Positions 1-8,189 of a stretch of DNA of 64,000 nucleotides are shown here, piece after piece. Below the pieces are notes generated by a model, which was not told the origin of the DNA, did no database searches, and saw only the letters and a list, made by a program, of their open reading frames with translations. Position numbers and translations under genes: made by a program. The first letter of the stretch is position 1. Each line of letters starts with the position of its first letter. The stretch lies in the sequence record MZ475891.1; one strand, written 5' to 3'.

Positions 1-161
1 ATTGTGTGCGTGCAGCTACGCGCTTCATGGCACACGTTCAGCAAACCTACAGGGGTGCGAACATTCTGTTTGTCTACGGACGTGTCAAACAAAAATAAGT
101 GCTGCATAGCAGACTTGCGAATGTTTTCCTGTATAACAGCTCCAGCAGAAACGAATAGCAT
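1..161 (-). CDS. Hypothetical protein, N-terminal part only (runs off the window start)
   Basis: Manual translation: AGGAG RBS, then ATG at 161, MLFVSAGAVIQENIRK..., open to position 1; follows a terminator. Confidence 0.4.
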   Translation of the reverse strand, partial: MLFVSAGAVIQENIRKSAMQHLFLFDTSVDKQNVRTPVGLLNVCHEARSCTHT

Positions 162-171
162 ACAAGCTCCT

Positions 172-211
172 AAAACGAAAGAGGGCAGACACCTTTCGAT
201 GCCCACCCTTT
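172..211 (-). terminator. Rho-independent terminator
   Basis: Minus strand AAAGGGTGGGCATC-GAAA-GGTGTCTGCCCTCTTT then CGTTTT, just after the stop of 215..796. Confidence 0.65.
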
Positions 212-214
212 AGA

Positions 215-796
215 TCACACGAGCAGGCGTCCTGCGATAGTGATCGCCACACCGTTAAGCGTAGTATCAGCAGTATCAGGCGCAACGATGCGAAGCTGAT
301 CACCAGATACGAGAATGATTTCCTGATCTTGGTAAGCAGCAAGCGGAGCAAATACGCCAGATTTTGAACCAGCACCGAATGAGACGGTACCAAGCTGGAT
401 AACAGCCGCAGTTGCAGAGTCATACGCGCTGATCTTAAAAGCAGAAGCAGCGGTAGCAGCAACGTCAGCAGTAGCCAGAGAGCCTGCAAAGTTTTTAGTG
501 ATAGCTGTTGTGCGCACAGAGAGGAAACGAGAAATCTCTTGGCCACCAGCGTAACGCTTGAGCACGTTCATGCCCAAGTCATATGGGTTGTATGATTGTA
601 GTTGGCTAACCCACTTTGCTCGCACTTGACTATACACGTATAAGCCAGGCTGGTTAGCACCCGACACAGCAGTCAGGTTCCATACGCGACCGTTAGTCGG
701 GCTAGCAGGGAAAGTTGGGCCAGAAGAATTTGGATCACCTGGGGCGCGAACAATCTGAGAGTTCACACCTGCAAGTTGTAGACCGTAAGAAAACAT
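215..796 (-). CDS. Putative virion fibre/whisker-associated protein
   Basis: 193 aa, Ala/Thr/Gly-rich beta-type composition; GPTFPASPTNGRVW resembles fibre-linker motifs of neighbouring genes. Confidence 0.5.
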   Translation of the reverse strand: MFSYGLQLAGVNSQIVRAPGDPNSSGPTFPASPTNGRVWNLTAVSGANQPGLYVYSQVRAKWVSQLQSYNPYDLGMNVLKRYAGGQEISRFLSVRTTAITKNFAGSLATADVAATAASAFKISAYDSATAAVIQLGTVSFGAGSKSGVFAPLAAYQDQEIILVSGDQLRIVAPDTADTTLNGVAITIAGRLLV

Positions 797-807
797 CAGT
801 ATTCTCC

Positions 808-1029
808 TTAGGCGATTCGCACTTCACCTGTCACCGCGTACGGGAAGGTAATCTTAACAGTGTCCGAGTCAACGATGATTACATCTAGCGGCAGCACTTG
901 ATGTAACTTACCATCAGGTTGCATAGTGCATGTAGTCACGGCGACAGGACGCCCGAAGTTGTGCAGAATCGTCCATTCAGAAGCAGGCGTGTCTTGCTTG
1001 AAGCTACGCCCCATCGAATAGTTGAGCAT
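808..1029 (-). CDS. Small virion protein, single W-x3-H-x-[LF]-G beta module
   Basis: WTILHNFGRPVAV...LPLDVIIVDSDTVKITF; same module in 1051..1647, 1711..3330, 5858..6682. Confidence 0.6.
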   Translation of the reverse strand: MLNYSMGRSFKQDTPASEWTILHNFGRPVAVTTCTMQPDGKLHQVLPLDVIIVDSDTVKITFPYAVTGEVRIA

Positions 1030-1050
1030 AAGAGCCTCGCGATTGTGGCG

Positions 1051-1647
1051 TTAGTACAGGATTACAGTGCCAGACTCAGGATTGTCGAAGGTAATCGTCA
1101 ACTGGCTGGTGCTGTCATGCACGATAGACTTAGGCTGTACTTCATTCGCACCTTGATAGATACGCACCGCAGGGTTATAACCGAGATTATGCACAACAAC
1201 CCACGTAGCCAGATTCTCATAAGATGCAGTGAATGCAACGGTAGGAGTAGGCAGACCTGACTCAACGCCAGACAACAGTACAGCAGTACCAGCCACGGCA
1301 GAAGGGAAGAGGACAACGATGTTGTTAGCATCATCGGCGTGAATTGAAGACGGCTGTACCACGTCACCATTCTCATCGTAGCACTGTACGATAGGCGTAG
1401 CGGTATTCATCTTGTGGTTAATCTCCCAACGAGACGAAGCAGTAGGTTGCGAGTAGCGAACCATAGTCATCTGTTGAGTTAATGGAACCCAGACAGGAAC
1501 ATCTTCGATAGACACGCAGAACATCAGACGCTTGTCCATGAAGATAGCCATACCAGGCTTAGGGTTAAGAGGCCAGTCAGTCGCTACGTCAAACGCGAAG
1601 TTAGCAAGTGAGCCAAACTCTAAATCAAGAGTCCCTAGGACTTTCAT
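1051..1647 (-). CDS. Virion protein with two tandem W-x3-H beta modules
   Basis: WEINHKMNTATPIVQCYD...QP and WVVVHNLGYNPAVRIY...QP repeats; GGAG RBS. Confidence 0.65.
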   Translation of the reverse strand: MKVLGTLDLEFGSLANFAFDVATDWPLNPKPGMAIFMDKRLMFCVSIEDVPVWVPLTQQMTMVRYSQPTASSRWEINHKMNTATPIVQCYDENGDVVQPSSIHADDANNIVVLFPSAVAGTAVLLSGVESGLPTPTVAFTASYENLATWVVVHNLGYNPAVRIYQGANEVQPKSIVHDSTSQLTITFDNPESGTVILY

Positions 1648-1667
1648 AAATCTTTCTCCTGAGAGGT

Positions 1668-1697
1668 AAAAGGGGCAGGCAGAAGCCCACCCCTTTT
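1668..1697 (-). terminator. Rho-independent terminator
   Basis: GGGGTGGGC-TTCT-GCCTGCCCC hairpin followed by TTTT on the minus strand (T-run also on plus); intergenic. Confidence 0.7.
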
Positions 1698-1710
1698 GTT
1701 TGTGTCGTTA

Positions 1711-3330
1711 TTACTCAGCCGGAGTGTAAGCGTTCGCACCAGTAACGAATGCGATTGCCACTTTCTTCTCGGTGGTCAGTTCAACACGCAGCGTGTTAGC
1801 GTCAACAAACACGACCTCATCAGGGATGATCTGATAGCCGGTATCGTCAACGACGGTAACGGTACCGTATTTGACGCCTGCATTGTGTGCGAAGGTGTGA
1901 GTGGTGTTGGCCACGTCACCGCTTGCAGTTTTGTCGTACTGGTACAGCTTAGCAGCAGAACCGCTTGAGCCAGCAGCAATCGCATCGTCAACATATTTCT
2001 TGCTGACAACAGACTCATCAACCAGCGCTTCGGTACCAGTCAGAGTAAGGGCTTCGACAGCGCCGCCTTCACCAGCGATGAAACCAGCGCTTTTTAAGGC
2101 GTCTTGGTCCACGATGATTTTGCTGTTGGTAGTGTCCTGTTTCAGGCCAGTACCCAGAGCAGCGCCTGCGATCTGCGCATAGCCAACACCACCGTCAGTG
2201 ATTGCCAGACCATCAGCAGTACGTGACAGAGTAGCACCGTCCAGCTTAACGCGAGTAGCACCAGCGTTATCTTCCAGGCCACCAGCAGCATCCAGCTTAG
2301 CAGTAACAGCGTTGCCAGTGATTTCGATACCAGCGCCAGTAACCACGTTAACGACGTTCGAAACTTTCTCCAAACCATTACCTGGGTTGAAGTCAGAAGC
2401 ACCACCGAAGGTAGTCCACTGAGTAGCGTCGAAGCGACGGTATTCTTTGATGCTCTTAACCCAAGTTACAGCACCACCAGCTTCGCTGTCTGCTGGGTTG
2501 AATACAACAACGAACGCAGTGCCATTGTAACGCACGATAGCGTTATCAACCAGGCCGCTGATAGTACCGAAGTTCGGGTTAACAGTGTCTGCATCGAGGA
2601 TGATATACTGCTTACCGTTCTCCAGCACAGGGTCGAGGGTGCCGTCAGTCTGAATGTCATCAGAATCGTGCAGCCAATCGATACCAGCGATAGCGTTGTC
2701 AATGTCGATCTTACGAGCGGCATCGTTCGCGTTGGCAGGCGCGGCCAGGTTGGTGATGGTGTTACCGTCAGCGTTCAGGTCACCAGTCAGAACACCAGCG
2801 CCTGCATCCAGCTTACCTGCCAGTGCAGTTTCGTTGGCATCAGCTTTGTTCTTGACTGCGGTGATCTGAGTCTGAATAGAAGAGGAAGCACCCTTCAAAT
2901 AGCCCAGTTCAGTTGCAGTAACATCGCTTGTTTCCAGAGTGCTGTCAGCGCCTGCAAACACAACGGCGTTTTCGGTCAGACCAGACAGTTTATCCTGCTT
3001 ACCACTGATAACGGTTTCAACGTGCTTCTTACTAACAGCAGCGTTATCTTCTGACGCGCTCTGGTCTGGACCAGACAGCAGCAGATCGGCAGTCATGGCT
3101 ACGGTACCGTCAGCGAGGATAACACCCTCTACAGAACCACCGCCTTCACCCAGCTCTTTGATTGCCGTACCGTCGAAGTATTTATACTTCTTGTCTGTGG
3201 TGTTATACCACATGCGCCCTTCCTGTGCGGCAACCAAGTCACCTACAGCAGGGTCAGCGGCAAGTTGTTCCGGGCGGAAGTTCTTGAGCTGGGCACCTAA
3301 CATCAGTTCAATATTACCAGTACGCATCAT
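1711..3330 (-). CDS. Putative fibre/whisker protein
   Basis: 539 aa; phage-fibre motifs (EGRMWYNTTDKKYKYFDG, AVSKKHVE/VVSKKYVD, NLAAPANANDAARKIDID), Gly-periodic segment, C-terminal H-x-x-G module. Confidence 0.65.
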   Translation of the reverse strand: MMRTGNIELMLGAQLKNFRPEQLAADPAVGDLVAAQEGRMWYNTTDKKYKYFDGTAIKELGEGGGSVEGVILADGTVAMTADLLLSGPDQSASEDNAAVSKKHVETVISGKQDKLSGLTENAVVFAGADSTLETSDVTATELGYLKGASSSIQTQITAVKNKADANETALAGKLDAGAGVLTGDLNADGNTITNLAAPANANDAARKIDIDNAIAGIDWLHDSDDIQTDGTLDPVLENGKQYIILDADTVNPNFGTISGLVDNAIVRYNGTAFVVVFNPADSEAGGAVTWVKSIKEYRRFDATQWTTFGGASDFNPGNGLEKVSNVVNVVTGAGIEITGNAVTAKLDAAGGLEDNAGATRVKLDGATLSRTADGLAITDGGVGYAQIAGAALGTGLKQDTTNSKIIVDQDALKSAGFIAGEGGAVEALTLTGTEALVDESVVSKKYVDDAIAAGSSGSAAKLYQYDKTASGDVANTTHTFAHNAGVKYGTVTVVDDTGYQIIPDEVVFVDANTLRVELTTEKKVAIAFVTGANAYTPAE

Positions 3331-3351
3331 GTTCTCCTAGTGCGTGGGGGA

Positions 3352-4095
3352 TTAGAAAAACTGACCGTCACATTCACCAAGACTGCAACGCAGTTCCTGG
3401 TATGCAGCGATCCGTTGTTCAATTACATTAATAAACTTGTCATCAATATCATACTTCACACGAAGCGGAGCATCATATCCTTCTAAGAGGCCGTGACGTC
3501 GATACGCATCTGCACGGAGCAGCGGTGCGCTAACGTGAGCACGTTCCATAATGCTTAAATCTATCTTATCGGCATAGATGAACGGCCGCTCTCGTTTACA
3601 CAGAAGGTAATCGATCTCGTGTAAATTAAAGAGTGTGAAATTCATATAGCCAATAATGAACTCCGCAATCAAACGAAAACTATCTGCCATATCTGCACTC
3701 AGATTGTGAGCGAGTATGGGTTCTATGTGTGGTTGCAGTTCAGTACGCATGTCGTACCAAGCTTCACACAGAACAGCAGGGAAGTCTTCAGGGTGAGCGG
3801 CCATAAGACCCATCACCCCTTTCTCCATATCTGCGAATGAGCTTAAAAGATTAGCGGTATCTTCAGGTGTTTCAATACCGCGACCCGTTGAAATGAACTG
3901 GCATTCAATTTCTCTCAACCAAGACTCGGACGCAGATAGGTATTGGAGAAGTGTCTCCCGCGCGCCAGCCGAAAACTCATGTCGGTCAGACTCAAGAGCC
4001 TGGTCCAACAAGAAGGCTTTAGCTTTGTAGAAGTCACTATAGCGTTCAGCGGTAAAGCGGCGGAACGCTATATTATTTCTCAAATAGCCTATCAT
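3352..4095 (-). CDS. Hypothetical soluble, mostly helical protein
   Basis: 247-aa ORF, 4-nt ATGA overlap with 4092..4595; no recognisable motif. Confidence 0.65.
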   Translation of the reverse strand: MIGYLRNNIAFRRFTAERYSDFYKAKAFLLDQALESDRHEFSAGARETLLQYLSASESWLREIECQFISTGRGIETPEDTANLLSSFADMEKGVMGLMAAHPEDFPAVLCEAWYDMRTELQPHIEPILAHNLSADMADSFRLIAEFIIGYMNFTLFNLHEIDYLLCKRERPFIYADKIDLSIMERAHVSAPLLRADAYRRHGLLEGYDAPLRVKYDIDDKFINVIEQRIAAYQELRCSLGECDGQFF

Positions 4096-4595
4096 CGCAA
4101 TTTCCTCAGATCATTCGACTCCGAAGCGCCTAAGCCGGGCGGAGCCGTATACAACGAACTGGAGAGGCTCTGCAATCTTAGCCCTAGCTTCTCTAGCTCA
4201 TGTTGATTACCATCAAGACGGCCTAACACTTCACGCATTAGGTCAACTGACTCCTGATGGTCACGGGACTGCTGTGATATAATCCGCTCAAACCGCTGAA
4301 CTGCTCGAAGAACTGAGTTCAATCCCTCTTTAAGATCTATATTGTCGACCTGCGTGGTTTCCGAAAACTCATTAAGGGCTTTGAGGACCTGCGCTAGTTC
4401 TGCTTCTAGTGACTCACCATCGAGCACTACGGGATTTGCTTCTAACTCGGCTAACTTCTCTTTGACCCGTTCATAGTCCTGCATGTCGGGAATGACTTTC
4501 CACCAGTAAAAGCCAGCTCCTGCAATGAGAAGAACTACTGACAGGACAGTTGCGAAGTTGGACGCAAGCACTTGTCCTAGTATTTCAGCCCACAT
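4092..4595 (-). CDS. Single-pass membrane protein with long coiled coil
   Basis: Hydrophobic FATVLSVVLLIAGAGFYWW near the N-terminus, then a heptad-rich acidic region. Confidence 0.65.
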   Translation of the reverse strand: MWAEILGQVLASNFATVLSVVLLIAGAGFYWWKVIPDMQDYERVKEKLAELEANPVVLDGESLEAELAQVLKALNEFSETTQVDNIDLKEGLNSVLRAVQRFERIISQQSRDHQESVDLMREVLGRLDGNQHELEKLGLRLQSLSSSLYTAPPGLGASESNDLRKLR

Positions 4596-4600
4596 TTCTT

Positions 4601-4885
4601 CTAACCCTTACAGGCTCGGTCATTGAGTTCGATAATAACTCGCTGTGCGCCTGGTTCGTTTACATCAGTGGTTTTATACGTGTGCGCCATCTTTGGCTTG
4701 AACTCTAAGCAGCTCTGTCCATATCGTCCGTCAACGACGCAGATAGCAGACAGGCAGCTCACATCTTCCTTGAGGATTCTCGATTCAGGATCTGGGTTGA
4801 CACTTCTAACGGCCGTGACAATAAGCGACACAAAGGCCAAGGCAATGCCAACCAAAATCACAATCTTGATTTTCCCGGCGTTCAT
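4601..4885 (-). CDS. Small membrane-anchored protein with a four-Cys domain (probably periplasmic)
   Basis: KIK + IVILVGIALAFVSLIVTAV N-terminal TM; CLSAIC...C...C in the C-terminal part. Confidence 0.65.
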   Translation of the reverse strand: MNAGKIKIVILVGIALAFVSLIVTAVRSVNPDPESRILKEDVSCLSAICVVDGRYGQSCLEFKPKMAHTYKTTDVNEPGAQRVIIELNDRACKG

Positions 4886-4916
4886 TTCGCTCTATCCAGT
4901 TGAATTTTGATAGGAG

Positions 4917-4924
4917 AAATTAGC
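4917..4924 (-). promoter_or_regulatory. Candidate late-promoter motif GCTAATTT
   Basis: Exact motif 31 nt upstream of the 4885 start; recurs 23-42 nt upstream of five other starts. Confidence 0.5.
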
Positions 4925-4946
4925 GACCGCGCAGATCCTAAACGGG

Positions 4947-5984
4947 TTATTCATCCAATACTCCACTTATATCTTGGAACATGTTTTTATACACAAGGCT
5001 GCCTCCAAGTTTGTCCAGTCGTTCAATCGAAACATACATATGCGGTTCTGTATTCACCTGTGCCCACTTGTTGTCTGTACTCAGGTTTTCCAAAGAAGGA
5101 ATAAGAACAATGCTCAAGTTATCAGAAGCCCTAACGAAAGCCACATCGATATGATTCTTATTGATTCGAATGATGTATCGGTTGATTGCGTCCAAACCAA
5201 CCGTGCGATTGAACTCTACATCACTGACTGTATTCACCAAACTAATAAGGAAGCCTTTCGGGCGACTGTTTATGTCGAACAGCGAACTCTTCAACTCAGA
5301 GAGGGTAGTAGCCGAGAAGTGTTGAACATCATGGCCCTTGCCTCTTAGACACTCACCCAAGATGCGACTCGATTCAATGTGCGCGGTGTTGTCATCACGC
5401 ATGATATAAATCGGTGCACCTCTGTTGTATGTGCGCTCGGTAATCTGCTGTATCAGGTCGCATGTAGGCTCCGTAACAGTAGACAGGCCTTTATACGCAA
5501 TAACAAACTTGTCCTTGTACAGGTCGTAAATCTCAGGCGGCATGTACTTCATGTAATCGTCATCGAGGCTCAAAATCAATCGAGGCTTAACGAGAGGAAT
5601 CACAAGCTGCACAGACCGCAGAGCGTCCTTGTACTCCGTGTCAGATAGCACACGGTTTATAGGTAGGTACTGCACAGTCACATACGGGTCAGAGCCTGTA
5701 TCGACGATAGAGCGAACGGCGGTGCTGCCTACATTAGGACCTGCGGAGAACTGAGTGATAATCATCAAACTGTTCTGGCCTAAGCCCCCGCCACCAGCAA
5801 CTGTAGTAGCACTACCATCTGCATTCTGGACTGTCTTAGAGCGCGTCAGCGTTGGCGCTACTCGGTCGTCTCGTCCGTTATCGGCATATACATTAACTGC
5901 GCAACACCAGAGACAGCTTCCAAGAACGTAAGCAGCAATACGTTGTCGGGATCTGCGTCTGCCGGGTTGACGGTGTCCGGCCAT
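4947..5984 (-). CDS. Periplasmic binding protein type-1 fold (COG2984/ABC substrate-binding-like) with putative signal peptide
   Basis: Motif order SLMIITQFS...VQYLPINR...KPRLILSLDDD...FVIAYKG...IYIMRDD...TTLSELK follows the family pattern as I recall it (VLILxSY...EYMDTKR...PDVIIAxDDxA...VVFxG...I.VLxD...TxxEW); N-terminus RRRSRQR-hydrophobic-VYA|D. Start uncertain (127-nt overlap with 5858..6682). Confidence 0.65.
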   Translation of the reverse strand: MAGHRQPGRRRSRQRIAAYVLGSCLWCCAVNVYADNGRDDRVAPTLTRSKTVQNADGSATTVAGGGGLGQNSLMIITQFSAGPNVGSTAVRSIVDTGSDPYVTVQYLPINRVLSDTEYKDALRSVQLVIPLVKPRLILSLDDDYMKYMPPEIYDLYKDKFVIAYKGLSTVTEPTCDLIQQITERTYNRGAPIYIMRDDNTAHIESSRILGECLRGKGHDVQHFSATTLSELKSSLFDINSRPKGFLISLVNTVSDVEFNRTVGLDAINRYIIRINKNHIDVAFVRASDNLSIVLIPSLENLSTDNKWAQVNTEPHMYVSIERLDKLGGSLVYKNMFQDISGVLDE

Positions 5985-6682
5985 AATACTTCTCCTTTCT
6001 CGTCAGTGACATAAGGAATACCGGCGCCTTTACCCAATCCATGACGTAAGGCCCATACGGTGTCGGCATTCTCTTGAACGAACACAAGACCATGTACCTG
6101 TGCTTTATCCCCTGTCTGCTCAAGCGCTGTCACACGACTATCGAGTAACTGCGTTTGCGATTGGAGAGCACGAATCGATGCAAGGTTGGAGTTAACACGC
6201 GTGTTCATGTTGTTGAACATGGTGAAGAAGCTGTTGTTCATCGCAGTACGGACGCTGTCCGTGTACGACTTAGGAATCAGCTCATTGCTGTCAAACGTTG
6301 TTGCGCCTGGTCGAACGAATACCTTACCTTGAAGCGTACCGCCGCTTGCACTGATGATCTGAGGTGCAGGCAGATCAGCTGCGTCCCAAGTCTGAACAGT
6401 GTTCATCACAGTAGCGTAGTCCGTTTCCTCCTGCCACGTATTCTTGTACGGGCTGGTGGCTGTTTTAGACTTGCGGCGTAACACTTTCTTGTAGCTGGCG
6501 TTGGCGCCATCAGCAATGATCCAGAGACCGTTCAGAGGGAATGTATGCGTAACAGGTTCAGCAAACGCCAGTATGATAACGACGTCCGCTCCTACCTTAT
6601 ACACAATATCATTCGACGCCGAAAGTCCCTGCTGTTGCGCAAGGCTTACGAGCGTGTCCACATAGTTAGTCAACTGGCTCAT
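5858..6682 (-). CDS. Fibre-associated protein (coiled coil plus C-terminal W-x3-H-x-L-G module)
   Basis: LIPKSYTD motif, coiled coil ending LDSRVTALE, then WALRHGLG...VTDEKGEVLWP. Confidence 0.65.
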   Translation of the reverse strand: MSQLTNYVDTLVSLAQQQGLSASNDIVYKVGADVVIILAFAEPVTHTFPLNGLWIIADGANASYKKVLRRKSKTATSPYKNTWQEETDYATVMNTVQTWDAADLPAPQIISASGGTLQGKVFVRPGATTFDSNELIPKSYTDSVRTAMNNSFFTMFNNMNTRVNSNLASIRALQSQTQLLDSRVTALEQTGDKAQVHGLVFVQENADTVWALRHGLGKGAGIPYVTDEKGEVLWPDTVNPADADPDNVLLLTFLEAVSGVAQLMYMPITDETTE

Positions 6683-7142
6683 CCGAAACTCCTAAGGTTT
6701 TTAGAATTGAAGAACTTCTATCGGAGAAGGCTTTTGCAATTGACAGAGCAGCAGCCTTATCGATAACGATTGTGCTGATAACGCCTTTGGTGTTGCATAC
6801 GATTGTTTGAGGAGCGTAGTCAACACAAGCTAAGGCGAATAGCAGATGATTACCGAGTTCACCGCTGATACAAACGTCTACGTCGAGGTCAGGCACGTAA
6901 ACGTTCTGGTTAATCTCAGAAATAAACTGCGCCAGCGCAACGGGATCAAACTTAGGAGGCGCTGTATCGTATTCCGCAATCAAGTCAATCTGTTTGGTTG
7001 CGGGATCGTATTCAAATGCGTTAATGTCCGAGATGATACGACCAAAGAGTTCGTTGCTTACTTCAATGCAATACTCATCAGACTTCTCACGGACGCGACC
7101 AACTACCTTGTTAGTCGCTGGGTTGATACGAATGATTGGCAT
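6666..7142 (-). CDS. Putative tail-fibre assembly/chaperone-like protein
   Basis: 158 aa, adjacent to a collagen fibre gene; acidic; position-based call only. Confidence 0.4.
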   Translation of the reverse strand: MPIIRINPATNKVVGRVREKSDEYCIEVSNELFGRIISDINAFEYDPATKQIDLIAEYDTAPPKFDPVALAQFISEINQNVYVPDLDVDVCISGELGNHLLFALACVDYAPQTIVCNTKGVISTIVIDKAAALSIAKAFSDRSSSILKTLGVSDEPVD

Positions 7143-7144
7143 AA

Positions 7145-7966
7145 TTAGTCGCCCTCTGCACTATACCAGAAGTCCCAGCCGACAACGTTTGTGCCAGTAG
7201 ACTTAATGGTGAAGCCACCCAACAGGGCGTTCTCGTTCATCGCACTTGTACCATCCAGATTATATAGCTGGAAGGTCCGAGATTGATTGGTTGCAGTATT
7301 GACGAACGTGATTTGCACAGACACACAGCGGTTGATGAACGGGCTGTTGAAGATAACGTTAATCGTATCAGTAGTGGATGTATTCACCACACGACCAAAG
7401 TTCTTCGTGTAACCAGTGTTCAGATCGCGGTCGCTACCAATCCATGCGTTAGGAATAGGCTGACCTGTGATAGGGTCAAGCGCTTGTGCTACGAGATACT
7501 CATTGATAGCAGCATCACGTCCTGCATTACCAGTAGGACCAGTTGGGCCTGTAGGACCCACACCGCCTGTGTTACCTGTAGCGCCGACAGGGCCTGTGTT
7601 ACCAGTAGGACCTTGACGGCCACGCTGACCACGAGGGCCAGGACAACCGTCTTCACCATCAGCACCATCACGACCATCAGCACCAGGCAGACCACGTAGA
7701 CCGTCTTTACCCTGCTTGCCTTCCTTGCCTGACTTCAACTGGTCGGCAGTAGGCAGACCAGGCACGGTGCTCTGACTACCGTCTGGCCATACAATAGTAA
7801 GCGTACCACTCACTGGGTCGAACTGTACGCCTTGTGATCCCGGAATGTTAGCTGCCTCTGTCGGGTCAATAAACGCAACAGAGTTCAGCGTTTGTTTGCC
7901 GAGAACTTTACCGACAGGAAATGCACCGCCATCGATTAGTCCCGGACTTATTTTCTGCAAAGACAT
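7145..7966 (-). CDS. Collagen-like fibre protein (24 Gly-X-Y triplets) with C-terminal beta domain
   Basis: GKEGKQ...GNAGRD uninterrupted triplets preceded by the FD..G.L....G....GLPT cap. Confidence 0.85.
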   Translation of the reverse strand: MSLQKISPGLIDGGAFPVGKVLGKQTLNSVAFIDPTEAANIPGSQGVQFDPVSGTLTIVWPDGSQSTVPGLPTADQLKSGKEGKQGKDGLRGLPGADGRDGADGEDGCPGPRGQRGRQGPTGNTGPVGATGNTGGVGPTGPTGPTGNAGRDAAINEYLVAQALDPITGQPIPNAWIGSDRDLNTGYTKNFGRVVNTSTTDTINVIFNSPFINRCVSVQITFVNTATNQSRTFQLYNLDGTSAMNENALLGGFTIKSTGTNVVGWDFWYSAEGD

Positions 7967-7976
7967 GGGCTAGCTC

Positions 7977-8180
7977 CTAACCAGTCAGTGTTGTCCAATC
8001 AGGTTGGCCTGATTGACCCGCTTCGGGATTCTTAACTTTCGTGTTGTTGATTGTCATACGAATCCAACGCACAGTACCGTCAGAATCCTGCCAGCGAATC
8101 TTCGTTCCACCGTATGCTAAATTAGCTACCCATCTGTCTCTGCTAGGGTCTTTGAAAGCAAGACGTGCATAAGCAGGCAT
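7977..8180 (-). CDS. Small virion protein
   Basis: 67 aa, Trp-rich; loosely resembles the N-terminus of 11107..13128; AGGAG RBS. Confidence 0.55.
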   Translation of the reverse strand: MPAYARLAFKDPSRDRWVANLAYGGTKIRWQDSDGTVRWIRMTINNTKVKNPEAGQSGQPDWTTLTG

Positions 8181-8189
8181 AAGTTCTCC

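Noticed and set aside
8119-8126. GCTAATTT copy inside 7977..8180 (and GTTAATTT at 52604 inside the glycosyltransferase)
   Set aside because: Intragenic and 150-180 nt from the next start; compatible with chance, so not listed as promoters.
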